Source of the DNA: Marsupella aquatica
Taxonomy: Eukaryota; Plantae; Marchantiophyta
Length of the DNA stretch: 64,000 nucleotides
NCBI GenBank assembly: GCA_973895155.1
Contig: OZ316894.1
Coordinates: 1,814,457-1,878,456 of the forward strand
Reading direction: 5' to 3'
The position numbers were made by a program, and so were the translations under genes. Numbering within the stretch: the stretch's first letter is position 1; each line of letters begins with the position of its first letter. Below the pieces are notes generated by a model that ran no database searches, was not told the origin of the DNA, and was given only the letters and a program-made list of their open reading frames with translations. Of this stretch, positions 49,903 through 63,028 are shown in pieces.

Positions 49903-52900
49903 ATGATCAATTTTACACGAGGGGATGAAGTGTCATTGGTGATCGATGGATTTGAAACGGCAATTGGGATAGTTCAAAAGGTTGACCCCCAGGATACTAT
50001 ACAGAACATTTGTCTAGGGGACAATCGAATTGGGGTATTGATCGAAAAGTGTTTTGATGGATCGCGTCAACTTCCATTTCCTTCGCCCAAATTTTCTACA
50101 TTGGCTGAGGCAATTGACTCCTGCGTGATTTGGGATTGTGCATTGGCATACTTGAGGTCATCAACTCAGCGCCGAAGAATCAATGTCGATGATTTCTCTT
50201 TGGCTGGAGATGCTGGAAATGATAAATCCAAAATTGATGCAAGGGTTGAAGAGGACGTGTTCAAGGAAGGAGATGAAGTTCAGATGTTCATTTTTGATCA
50301 GTTGGTTGCAAATGGAGTTGTTTTCAAGACAAATCCGATGGATATTTGTCATACTGAAACACTTAGGGTTGGTCGCATCAGTATAAGAATATCTGATATT
50401 GTTAAGGGAAATCAAAAATTGCCATACTCGCACCCTGGAGCTGATACAATAGAAGAGGCCTTGCATACCTGGGTTATCTGGGATGTTGTGCATGTTTCTA
50501 GAAAGGGCACTCTACGAGATTTTGGTGTGTTTGGTAGTTCAAATATTTTCAATGATCTTCCATTAAAAGATTTTACACTACGTTCCAACTGGATGGCGGA
50601 GGAGGTTGATTTGTATGACGCTTCTCGTTGTTGAAAGGTTGCAACAGGTGTTATCACGGTCCCATTTGAAACAGGTGCCGTTGACGATGAACTTCTTGGT
50701 GCAGATCATGTTGGTGTTGCTGTTGTGAATATCAATGAACCCGGATTATTTCCAAATATCCGTGTTGGTACCCCTGGCTTGGTGAGGTGGGAAATCAAAT
50801 CCCTTCTATTGATTTCGTCTCAAAGGTTTCTTGGGGATATCCTTGAGGAAGTTTCAGAGAAGTGGATGGAGTCGGGTCGAACTAAGGGCGATCCGGATTT
50901 GGATGGTGATGGTAAACCTACAAAAAGACCATACAATTTCATTAGGAGGACAAAAGTTGATCTTGAGGAGAGGAAGAAAAGGCATTTGGAGTCGAGGGCA
51001 CTTTTGAAAATTAACGAGGAGTCCATTGATTCCATCCAAAGAGAAGGTTGTTGCAAGCTGAAGTGTTGCTTGAACATGCCCAGGGAGGACTTAGAGGCAA
51101 TGAGGAGGGAATACCATGGAATGTCAAGTGACAACAAAACAAGTCACATCTTTAGTCTCTTTGGGTGTAGAGAGGAGCAAGTCAAGAGAAATGGATTTTT
51201 TGTTCTAAAGGGACATGTGGTTTGTAAAGATGCATTTATTAAAATGCATGGGTTCAGTACAACAAAGTACTATGACTACAAAAATCAATACGAAGCTGGT
51301 TGCACAATTGATTTCCATGGAAATCAGGGACAACGGAAGACACGATCAAGCACTTTGCACGCTCGCGCCTTGTTGGAGTCCATTTTAATCCAAAATGGGG
51401 AACCAATGCCACATCTTCCCTATGGTGGGTCCAACGGCATTGACACTATTGAATATCGGCTCCCATCTTGTTTTACTAAGAAGGAGATTTTCCAAGAGGT
51501 GTTTACCAAGATGGAATTAGATGGGTTTGCTAAGGTTACTGAAGTTACTATGTACAACATCTGGAAAAACTCATTTGATAATTTTGACTTTCACAAGGGA
51601 AGTGCATTTTCCAAGTGCACATTTTGCACTGAGTTCAAAGATCAATTGATGCGGGAGAAGAGAAAAAAAGAGTGTGCAGAGATTGAAGAGAAAAGAGCGC
51701 GACATCTTCGTGAACAAATGTCAAGAAGATATGTTTACTATGCTCATAGGGTTCTTGCAAAGAAGGATCCTCAAAACTATCTTTGCATTATTCACGATAA
51801 GATGGATCAAGCCAAGACTTGGATCCCCAGGTTGGTCCTCACTCCAAAATCCCTCTCTGGTAGTGGTCAGCCTTTGCCTATTGCTCTTACTGGGATGTTA
51901 ACCCATGGAAGAGATCCTGGAGTGTATGCACATTTCAGTTTGACTGGACTTTGGCCTGGAGATGCAGACTTTACCGTGACATCTTTGGCCAAATGCCTCC
52001 GAGATTTGGAAGATTACACAGGAGACAAAACTGGAGACCTTCTTGAGGGATTGAATTGGAATGCAACTAGGCCAATATTTCAGTCCCTTCTAGACTTTGA
52101 AGCATTTCTGGCCGGTTACTTGGAACCCAAAAATGTTTCAATTGTTCGATTTCAAGGCATTGAAGATGGTCAGGAGACTAAAAAGTCAAGCACAGTGGAT
52201 GTTGGTTCTAAGGATGATCCTGAGACTACTAGGGGCTCTTTCAAGCCCTTACCAACGCACCTAACGTTGCAGATGGACAATTCAGGGAAAGATAACAAAA
52301 ATCAATATGTGATGGCATTTTGCACTGAGCTTGTTAGCAAGGGGTGTTTGAAACTGTGCAAATGTCATTCCTCATGGTTGGCCACACCCATGAAGACGTG
52401 GATGCATTATTTTCTCAAGTATCCAAACAAGTCAGATACAAAGAGGTTGCTACCCTCTTGGGGTTGATGGCTGAGGTTTGGGAGTGTGAAAGCATTCATC
52501 CTGTACCACGATTGATTCAAGAGGTTGCATCTTACAAGGAGTATTTGAAAACTTTCCAGGTGAAAGAGATAGAAGGTCACTCAAAACCAGTGGCATTTCT
52601 TTTCTCCATGAGGGATAATGTGCCAGTGTATCAATATAAAGCACATGTCAAGCAACCTTGGCTTCCGGCAATGGGGAGGTCCATTTGGAGAACTGATCCC
52701 ATCACAAATGCGCTCATTTTACCGGAAGGCCAACCATTTGCAAAACCTATATCTGGGGATGTACAAAAGAAGGCTGGAGAAATCATCCCATTCCTTAATC
52801 GCTATATTGATTTCTTGAAGAAAAGTTGTAAGGATGAGACCTCTGCAGCATATAAAGAGAGATTTCCTCTGGTCAAATATTGGGAGAATCTTGTGCAAGC

Positions 52901-53929
52901 ACTGTCCGAGGAACTTACAATAGAAGGGAGGGGGAAAGACATTTGCCATTGACAACTGATTTTTGGCCAAAGACTAACCATGGCACAGGTTACAAGCTGA
53001 TTTTGGGGACATCTCAGCCGTCAAGTGAACCTTCTCAAAATCCAGAGATGATGGACCTTCAAAATGAGTACATGGAAGAGATGGAAGATCAAGCTGCACC
53101 CTTTGTTGGTGCACGACAAGAGCGAGAACCTGCACGTTGGATTCCTCTACTGTAAGATATTCAAGAAGGTCACTTTGTATTTTTACGTCCAGAGGATGAA
53201 TGGGAACAGGAAAATGGCAAAGGGCGTTTCTGGTTGGTTCGAGCTTTGGGTGGTGTGGATCCAAACCATGAGGTTCCCTCAACAGATTTGCAACATATTG
53301 AAGGGTCTTCTTCAACGTCTGTTGAGAGCCAAGTACAATGGTGGAGGCCTAAACATGGTAAGCATGATGCAAAGGATGATGTTCGATATGAACGTTGCTT
53401 TCAAACCACTAAGACTTGGGAGATGGATCCTGGGTTTGACAATGTTACTCAAAGTTGGCAGTTTGCAAATTCTGCAATGTATGGGTTTAAGTCAGGTGCT
53501 AAAGAACAAAATATTATGGATAGAGGTTTGACAATTCCTAAGAATGTTTTGAAAACCTCGGGGGGGTCACTTCCACGGAAGTGACACATCACGTGCGACG
53601 AAGTATAGGCCCATTTAAATGGGTGTGGCGGAAGACTTCCAAAGTTTGGTGGAAGAACACATAGGGCATGTTTTATTGATTGGTCGACTTTAAAGAACAC
53701 ATAGGCCTATTTAATTACAAAAAATACTTTCTATAAAGTTTTTAGGGGTTTTTTAATAAAAAATGACAAAATTTTAAGAAAGAAAGGGCTTTGCAAAAAA
53801 ATATTTTTCACTTTAAAGTTAGGGGGGTCAAACCCTAAAACGTCGCACGCGATGTATGACCCTCCATATAGTGACCCCCCCGAGTTGAAAACTCTCAAAA
53901 TTTACATGGAAGGTATAATTGATGAGTAG
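49903..53929 (+). pseudogene. Transposase: three tandem CACTA TNP1/DUF8039-like domains, a Cys-rich region, a Sola1/DUF7869-like RNase H-fold catalytic domain and a C-terminal beta-rich domain; disrupted
   Basis: Repeats of VAxGxV..DP..LG..LP.P..TLxEA..VIWD; CCKLKC and FSKCTFC; HDKMDQAKTWIP; LQMDNSGKDNKNQY; SFLMVGHTHEDVDALFS. Stops at 50632 and 53153, frameshifts near 52344 and 52930, and a MITE insertion at 53557. Confidence 0.85.
53557..53884 (+). mobile_element. 328-bp MITE inserted into the last codons of the transposase
   Basis: Perfect 14-bp TIR CTCGGGGGGGTCAC / GTGACCCCCCCGAG and perfect 8-bp TSD TTGAAAAC (53549-53556, 53885-53892). Removing it restores ...VLKTLKIYMEGIIDE*. Confidence 0.95.
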
Positions 53930-56900
53930 ATTGATAGAACTCGTAGGTTACAAGTCTCCACTCAAATGACTTGTGATTAAGAGGGTCGAGTTGATTTCCA
54001 TGCATTGGTCTAAAGTGAGAGAACAAGATAATCAAATTAATACTCGATGATCTCTCAAAGCTATTGAATGGACTTTCTTATAATTATTATTTTATTTGTC
54101 TTAGTATATTTTAATTCTAGAAAATGATGCCATTTCATTCCTTCTAGTAGGTTGGATATCATCCTAGTTAACTTTGTCTAGACACTATAGTCATTCCATT
54201 GTATTGGTGCTTAGTTAGATATCTTACTCAAGCTAAATGTTTTGAATATAGATGCTATCCAAGCTTATATGTTATTACTAGATTCTATCTATTTTCCAAC
54301 CAAATGAACACTTTTATCACCCAAATGTTTTTTCATATCATCCAATTTAATATTTTACTTTCCCAAAATTTCATTTTTTTGTCCCCAAATTTACATTTAA
54401 TGATGCTTGAATTTTCATTTTTCATCTTCCAAATTTACAATTTTCATGCCTAAAACTATGTTTTTAAATCGCCAAATTTCCCTATATCCTTTATAATTTC
54501 AGTTTTAATGAATATAGTGATTAGGGTCTTTTAAATCTAATTTTGAGACTTATAAGAACATTAGGGCCATTATAACCAGATTTTTGGAATATTCCAAAAA
54601 TATTCTAGCTTTATAGGGGTTAAAAAATAATACATTTTTAGTTACATTTTAGGGGGTCCGAGGCCTAAAAACATTGTAGGTGATGGGGGAGGCATCCATA
54701 TAATTAGTGAGACCCTCGATTGGTAAAACATACCTGCACACATGTTACTCAAGACTGGGACTCTAGGGACCTAGTTGACTGTTCAAGCAATTGGAGATGC
54801 TACCACACCAAACGAGCTTGGGGTGTGTATAATTTTGGAGTGATTTGCATAAAGTTGGTCGTGGCACCCAATGTACACGTTGGGTACTCAAACACTGGTC
54901 AAAACATATTTTGACATTGACATTGTTTTCTAACAAAGGTCCATCCAATGATCATCACCAGCATCTGGTGAATGTGTAACATTGTATGCGTACCCTTAGA
55001 TGTTGGGGATAATCCTTATCCTGAGACACCATGCACATGGAAACACCATACAAAGTAGTCAACATAGCAAGTACGTGGTTCACCTCACGACTGAGGCTAC
55101 GTCCACAAGAAAGCAAGAGACCTTTACTTCTCTTTTGCTTCACTCCAACAATGAACTGAAGATCGACCAGGGGTTGACATCAGCCCTGGTTATATACAAC
55201 ATGCATCACTGCTAACCTGAGTTAACCTAATTGCGGTTAGCCCTAGAGTCACAAGACTAAGAGCAATACTCAACATTAGATACCAAGGTTTCATTTAGGG
55301 CAACAAGTCTGGGAGATTGCACAATAGACCAGCCTTTCCATCCAATGCCATAAGAATAACATTTTAAAGTTGTTTCTAGGGGATGTTGTTTCCACTGAAT
55401 GGAGCAACTCCAATCTAGTGCAGCTAGTTATGGACTCCACTCCACTTGCCACTCCAGGGGCCACTTCCTCAACAATGGTAAAACACACAAGTGTACATAT
55501 GACTCAAGGGACCTAGTTGTTCAACCTAAACCCAAAGCCCACCCAAATACACCAGCCTGGAAGGATGTGACATAAAAGATTAACGTTGTCCTAATGGGAT
55601 GAATATTCTTTGTACGAAGTCCTTGGAAGCAAATTCACGTGTTTCCATTCGATGTACTATTTTTGAACATTCTTGTTGACACCCTCTAAACCAAGCAAGT
55701 TTAAATTCGTCCTCAACAGACTTTTCATTAACCAAGTCACAAACTATGTACTAATGCATAAATTAACGTTGTTCTCTACGACGATGTTATTTGGTGACCT
55801 TCCATAATTGCAAGGCCCGTCCACAGTAACATCGCCCTAACGTTATGTACTGTTTCGAGTCGTATATAACGATGGATAGAATGATGTAAAGTGCAACCTT
55901 GGTGACTTTGTACATATTTAACGTGCCCTCACTCACGTCGTTGTTCACGACTTTCTGTAGTGGCAGGGCTTAGCTTTTTCATCTTCTACGTAAATACACC
56001 TTATAATGTAGTTGTGCAGTCAGAGATGCCACCAGATCAAAAGAGCCTAGCAGTTGGAAGTTTGTATGGGAATGATTTGCATAAAGTTGGTCTTGTCATC
56101 AAACAATAGTCATAGCATATTTTGCCACATAATTGTTTTTGTAATCAAAAGTAGTGATCCTGGGAATAGTGTGGTGGTTGTCTCCCACTGTCAAGGCACC
56201 TGTTATAACAAGGTTTCCTTTAGGGCGAGGTAATTTAGGGCAGCAAGTGATGGTGATTTCACAATAAACCAGCCTTACCACCCATTGCTTTGAGACTGTC
56301 ATTTTAATTTGGAAGTAATTTGGGGGAGTTTTTCTGCAATCGTCCCGCAATGTCCTCCTGTTGCCTGATTGAGAGAACTTTGTCGGATTTCAAAGCTCTA
56401 AGAATTCGTTGTTGTGAATTTGAATTCCTTCTACGTACTAGTAAGCGTTGAGCTCCGATTGCTTCGTGTTGTGCTCCGATTTTGGATCTTTGTTTGCTCC
56501 ATCCTGGAACTCGCCTTGTGTTGGGAGATTTTTTGGGGGTGGTATAGGCAAAAGTTTGTGCTGGATGTGCCCACCCACTAATTCTGGCCAGCTATAGTCA
56601 TTGATGCAGAGATATGTCTTTGATCTGCTTAATATCTTTTAGCAAATCTCTTGTCTTCGTATCTCTTTTTCCCTCCTGGAAACAAGCCTTCCATGACATG
56701 TCCTCACACCTTTTCAATCACATGCTTCATACATCCGGACAATTTTGAAGCAGGTTCAAAAAGCAGAATTGCGTTGAAAAGACAAGGCTAAGGGCCGTCT
56801 TGCATGTCTTTGGTCCTTTGCACATCGGCCCTAAAATGAACTTGTGTCATGAGTTGAGGTAGCGAGAGGGCGGCAGTCCTGATGGCTTCTTTTGTGGAGA

Positions 56901-57233
56901 TACAAGGGCAAGGGCCGGAAAATTTTCGGCCCTTGAGGTCCCGAACCTTTAAAATGTAATAAAATAAAACCCCCACATCTGTGGCTTGGTAACGGCCGCA
57001 GTTTTCAGGGCTCTTGCACATGCAAGACAGTCCTAAGGATCAGAAGGCGAAGAATTTCATTGCTACGCATCAGGTAACTTAACCATTCATTGCTCAAACT
57101 CGCCATTTTTGCAGTGTATAGAAAGTGTCCGGATGTACTCAAAATATTAACATTTGGAGAAATTTTAATCGCGAAGTGTAATTGAGAAGATTGACTACGA
57201 CTTGCTGGTTCTTCCTGAAGCAGAGGGTAATTA

Positions 57234-57830
<597 letters not shown>

Positions 57831-58049
57831 TGCTGCGAGGAAGTCGTCTTAAACTAGCGTATCTGGGTGGTTTTGGCTGATTCTAGGTAGTGACAAGATT
57901 TCACATTGTTGAAATGCATCATCGATGGCGACCGTAGGCCTCTCCTTCGTGGCTCTCCTTATTGAAAATCTGGTGGCAGCTGCTTGAACGATGAAATTAG
58001 ACATGAGAGAAACGTACTACTCCAGGACAAGCAGCCTCTGTAAACAGAG

Positions 58050-58720
58050 GTTCCGCTGTAGCTGGTGAAGCACTAACTGAGGAAAGGGGAATGATATTCT
58101 TTTGGAATGCAGAGATTGAATTGATTGGAGTGCAATGAGAAGAAGAGATGAGGGTCTTTCACTGTAGACCTATCTTGAATGAGCGACATGAAGGCATGGA
58201 AGCTGTTTTTATTGGTGGAAAGACAACTGAGTCCAGCAAATGGGGAGAGTCTGTCCATCGGTTGAGTAAGCTTGGCCAGTGTAAGCATCCACATATTGTG
58301 AAGGTGTTGGGACACTCCTTAGGCATTGACAACAGCCTTGTTCCAGTTTTTTACGAGCATGATTGTGGCTGGGGGCAATCTTAGCGAAGCGCTCCAGTCG
58401 GGTACGTTGAGTAGACGTGCCCGCAAAAGGGTCGTTGATTAATCTTGCCTTGGGCATCGTCCGTGCCTTGCATTACCTCCACGAGAACCAGCCCACCTAT
58501 ATATAGTCTTCTCAATCCCCTGCAACACAAGATAACGTCTTCTGAAGAAGTTCTAAACCAGGCTGGGCATGAAGGCCTACTTGTTAGAAAGAGTAGACCT
58601 CTCGGAGCTTGACCTTACAAGACCAGTATCTTCATGAGCCTCATCGCAATCACGTACATACGTTGCCTGCCTACTTTGGCTGCTAATTTGATGTGAAGGT
58701 TCCAGACTTTGATTTTACCA
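58050..58720 (+). pseudogene. Degraded receptor-kinase-like kinase domain fragment
   Basis: LGQCKHPHIVKVLG, VFYEH, LGIVRALHYLHE and DVKVPDF resemble kinase subdomains III-VII, with stops. Confidence 0.55.
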
Positions 58721-60989
58721 TACTAACAAACAATCTGCCGCTATACTTCTACATGGAGAGCACGCAAACATGATCTATGGTGTATAATTTATATAATTAG
58801 ATTCAAGTTCTGGGGTGTACGTCTGAAGTTTAAAACTACGACGATGAATCATTCAGCTCTAATTAGCGAGATACGAGGTCGTGCTATAATAGTATAACAT
58901 ATACGCCCTATTTGAGGTTTGATTAATTTGATGTGCCCCTCATTATCTTCTGCCCTGAACTTAGCACATATGTATGTCCAGAGAGAATCCCACCTGCACT
59001 AGCCAGTATTGACGTTACGCTCCATTGTATCCAGTGTCCCATTCTCCTTCGCGTCATCTCGCACCCATGAGTTATTTTCTCATCTTGCACCCATGAAGCG
59101 TGAAGCTACGTGTTCTGCCAGTAATTGCTATCATTGGAGTCGTTGCGTTGGTATGCTTCTTATGCTTTCTCTCTCGCTGCAGCGATTTCTTTTGTCCACT
59201 GTTCTAATTTCCCGATTGACCAGGAGGTCGATCTTTTCTATCTCTTGGAAACTTGTCTTAATTCATCTCCTGTCTCTATGATGATCAATTCTGCGTCTAC
59301 AGTTTAATTGGGGAAAGTTCGGGTGTCGATGATGTTAATTTGGCGAGAGGGTTTGCAGACCTTTCTCAACTGCCATCCTCCAGCAAAAGTAATGTCTACG
59401 TCCCGAATTTACAAGACATAACTCCGATTTCATAGGTCAATAGGTGGGCTACACAAATGCAACGCACGTAGTCTCGTAGAGGAATCAACTCTGCTTGGAA
59501 TTGAGTTTAGTGTGCAGCGGCAGCTAGAGGCAAGGGTGCAAAGAGGAAAGCAAGATTGTAATTAATTGCCCAGCAGCAACAGCGAATCCTTCTGACATTT
59601 CCACTGGAGTACGATATAATTTTATGCCACCTGATTTGTTCGTTTGCTGCATCTACAATGTTGATGTCTCATTGTCTGCTCTGAGCTCTTGCAATTGTTT
59701 TTGCTCTCATCAGATTCCTTCCCCATCATCTGTCTTCCTTGCATTTGTGGATCCCACCCGGCATTGATTTTACTCTAGCAAGAGAGCCCCAAAACTTTAT
59801 TCCAAACAAAAAATAAGACGAACATCACTACTCACCGTAAACAGAAGAGCGCCCCAAAACGTTATTCCAAACAAACAATAAAAAAATTGAGAGATGGAGC
59901 TTCCCCTCCGCTGAACATCAGAAACGCTTGTCTTGATCCCCGTCTTGATCGAACTGGTATTAGGCTTTTAGCTCCTAGCTTTCCCTTCTATCTTCCATAG
60001 AATTGTCTTCCATTCAATTTTAATTTGATTGGAACCTCTTGGCTATGGTGTGGTAAACCCTCTCGCACTCAATTCTCCACGGAATTCACTTTTCTCAGTT
60101 TCAACAGATTGTTCTTGTAGAGGCGCATCAAATAGGTATAAAACACGGCGCAAATGGTTCAGTATAGACATACTTATGGTCACAATTTAATTTGACGAGC
60201 TTTAGTAAGTGACCTTTTGTTTGTAGCCTGCTTGTAGACTGAGGACTATGCATTTTGCATTTGGATTCTTTTGGAGTTGTAGCGGCTCAGTCTCCACTAT
60301 TGGAAGGATCTTCTCCACTATTGGAAGGATCTTCACTTTATTGACTTGTTGGTTGTCACAATGACTTGTGTTCCTGCTGTGTTCTTACCAATGACAGCCC
60401 CAAGTTGGAGACAACTATTTCTTGGAGTGACACGGTGGGTTCCTTCCATTGCCTTCCATTTCAATTCACATGTCTTGGTTGTGCCGAGGGTTGTGCCTTC
60501 TGTTGCTTTCTCGTGCGCTTTTGTTTGTCTCTGGTTGTGGTTTTTCATGTCTACATTTAAAATGTTGACGTGTGGCAACCGCCCAGCTCCACCATATTCT
60601 TCTCCTCCACTCTCCCCCCCTCACAGTTTGCCCTTGTGTTCAACCTGGCTCTTTCATCGGATCTTTCCCTTATTCATGATACACTTATGCACGATGCTTT
60701 ACCTAGTACCCCTCCTCCCATCTACGCCATATATGCCTTCTGGTCCCTCAGTCTATTGCCCATCCCATTGTCGCTTGGGTCAATCTTCACCTCTCTCTTC
60801 ACACCATGTCCCAACCCCGTACGTCTCTCCAGCTTCCTTATCAGGCCTCTTCGTCCACGTCTCTTCTGCCTCCACCTGCAGTTGAGTCTTTCCATGTTCC
60901 CTCCCAGGAAGAGTATGATCAGGAGTATCAAAACGAGGTAAAGTGCACACGGAAGTACGTGAAGAGAATACACGTGAGGAACTCAATGC

Positions 60990-61356
60990 TGTGAGAATTG
61001 GAGATAGAAAATAGTAAACATCGAGTCCATGAGTTCCAGTGAAAAAGCTTCGAATCCTCTATTGAATATTGAACTCTGAGTACCCCGAGAATCAAACCGG
61101 ACATAAGTACTTCAACCAAGAGCATTGCTCGCCCGGGGAGAAAAGCTAGTTTGAATTCTTAACAGGATAAACATGAGGATCGAGCATCCACTAGACAGGA
61201 GCGGGGAGAGCAGAGCACAACACGTGTTGAGTCCCCGCTGTCAAAACACCCCGCGTCCTTTTACATGTAAGGACAGTAAGCGGTGCAGGAAAATTCACAA
61301 AACTACAGAAAGAACGTCGAGACAAAGAACAGTAAAGGGAGAAAATCCCTTTCACA
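60990..61356 (-). repeat. Putative 3' LTR (367 bp) of the Copia element
   Basis: Bounded by TGTGAGA...TTTCACA (TG..CA with a short inverted repeat). A G-rich PPT (CCGGGGGGTG on the minus strand) is adjacent at 61357-61366. Confidence 0.65.
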
Positions 61357-61675
61357 CACCCCCCGGATCGACGATCTTCTGTGTGTTTGGTGCAGAAGAG
61401 AACAAAACCAGACCAAGGAGTTCAATGAATCGTTGGAAACATATTCCAGCAAGCGGTTTCGTTAAACCATCAGCTGGCATAATTTCAGTAGACAAATATT
61501 TGATCTACACATGCCCTTGGCGAACCTGTTCACGTACATAATGCCATTGGATTTCAATGTGTTTGGTCCGAGCGTGATGCTCAGGATTGATGGTTAATGC
61601 AATTGCTGGTTTATTGTCACCATAGATCACAACCGTCGTAATGTCTGAAGTGCAGAGATCGAGCTGTTGTAGAAG

Positions 61676-63028
61676 CTACCGCAACCAGATAGCTTCCTTG
61701 CAAGCAATTGAGTAGGCGACGTATTCAGCCTCCGTACTGCTGGTGGTGATGATTGGCTGTTTCCGAGATTTCCAGCTGATGGCACCGCCTGCTAATTTGA
61801 AGAGATAACCAGATGTAGACTTTTGATCCACACTGTTATCAGCGAAAGATGCATCACAATAGCCCTGAAAATTCATTGAATGAATTTCAATGCCAGGAGA
61901 AGAAACAGCTTCGTACTTGAGGCCAAGATTAACAGTGCCTCGAAGATAACCAAGAATGTGCCTGACACAACTCTGATGTTCGGAGGCCGGATTATGAGCA
62001 AACTGGCCAAGTCGAGAACAACGCTCAGAAAGATCAGGTCTCGTCCATACTGCAAGGTACATGAGAGAGCCAATCATGGCTTGATACAACTGCTTCTGAT
62101 CATGTGTAGCAGGGATTTCACTTGGGAGCAGGCGATCAGTGCCGCTAGAAGGAGCAGACAAAGGAAGAGCCGACTCCATATGAAAACGAGAAAGAACCTT
62201 AAGAGCATATTTCTGTTGGGCAAGGTAAAGGACACCTTGGCTACGATCACGATAGATGGCAAGCCCTAAATACTCAGTCAGATCTCCGAGCTCATGAACC
62301 TCATACTTGGAGGAGAGGATGGACTTCATAGACGCACTGCCGCTAAGAGTTTTTGAAACGGTAATAATATCATCCACCCATAAGACAATAAGATCGCCAT
62401 CAGAATTCTTAAGAACACAAGGATCTGAGGGTAAAGGAAAGAAGCCCTGCAAAGCTAAGTATGCGGTGATTTCGATGTACCAAAGGCGTGGAGACTGGCG
62501 CAAGCCATACAAAGCTCGTAAAAGCAGCCAAACAAGAAGCTGGCCAAGATGATCATAGGTTTCGTAGCCAGGAGGTGGTCGAACATAGATTGGAGCTTGA
62601 CCAGCCATTAGAGCATTCAAAAAAGCCGTAACAATATCATAACACTTAGCCTCAAGATTTAATGCAGCAACATTAGCCATGATAGCACGGAAAGTCTCAG
62701 GATGGACCACTGATGCAAAAGTATCCCCGTAATCCTCCCCTGGTCGTTGTTTATCTCCACGAGCTATGAAACGTGCCTTGTAGATGCCCGCTGCTTTCTG
62801 TGTGTACACCCATTTTGATGGGAGAAGACGTGCACCAACAGGTAAAGGGATTAAACGTGCAACATTCAACTTCGTAAGTTGATTAAACTCTCTCTTCTCT
62901 GCAGCTTGCCATAAATCAGCATCCAGCCTAGACATGGCCTCCTTGTGTGTCTTAGGCACCTCAGAGGAGGCTGAAAATAGTGCGGCCAAATAAGAATAAA
63001 GCAGCGTGGATGGAATGCGTGTCAGCAA
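61676..63028 (-). pseudogene. Copia reverse transcriptase / RNase H (450-aa segment between stops)
   Basis: RVT_2 motifs as above; RNase H continues past the stop to ~61430. Confidence 0.9.

Larger units (their letters stand above)
41312..54720 (+). mobile_element. 13.4-kb TIR DNA transposon with cargo genes (Sola1/DUF7869-like DDD/E transposase, 8-bp TSD)
   Basis: Left end CTCGAGGGTTTCACT, right end AGTGAGACCCTCGAT (TIR with 2 mismatches). TGGTAAAA is duplicated at 41304-41311 and 54721-54728. A perfect 22-bp subterminal inverted repeat sits at 41416-41437 / 54500-54521. The flanks rejoin into one unit of a local repeat family. Confidence 0.88.
40750..56340 (+). repeat. Diverged local repeat family (several hundred bp per unit) at ~40750-41311, 54721-54950, 55270-55520 and 56030-56340; the large transposon inserted into one copy
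   Basis: Shared blocks CAAGTCTGGGA..TTGCACAATARACC, GAGCAACTCCA.TCTAGTGC, GGTAAAACA, GGGACCTAGTTG and TTGCATAAAGTTGGTC. Confidence 0.65.

Noticed and set aside
34540-54720. A single 20-kb transposon bounded by the 34540 and 54720 inverted ends
   Set aside because: The flanks at 34540 and 54720 share no TSD, whereas 41312 pairs with 54720 through the TGGTAAAA duplication and a rejoinable target repeat.
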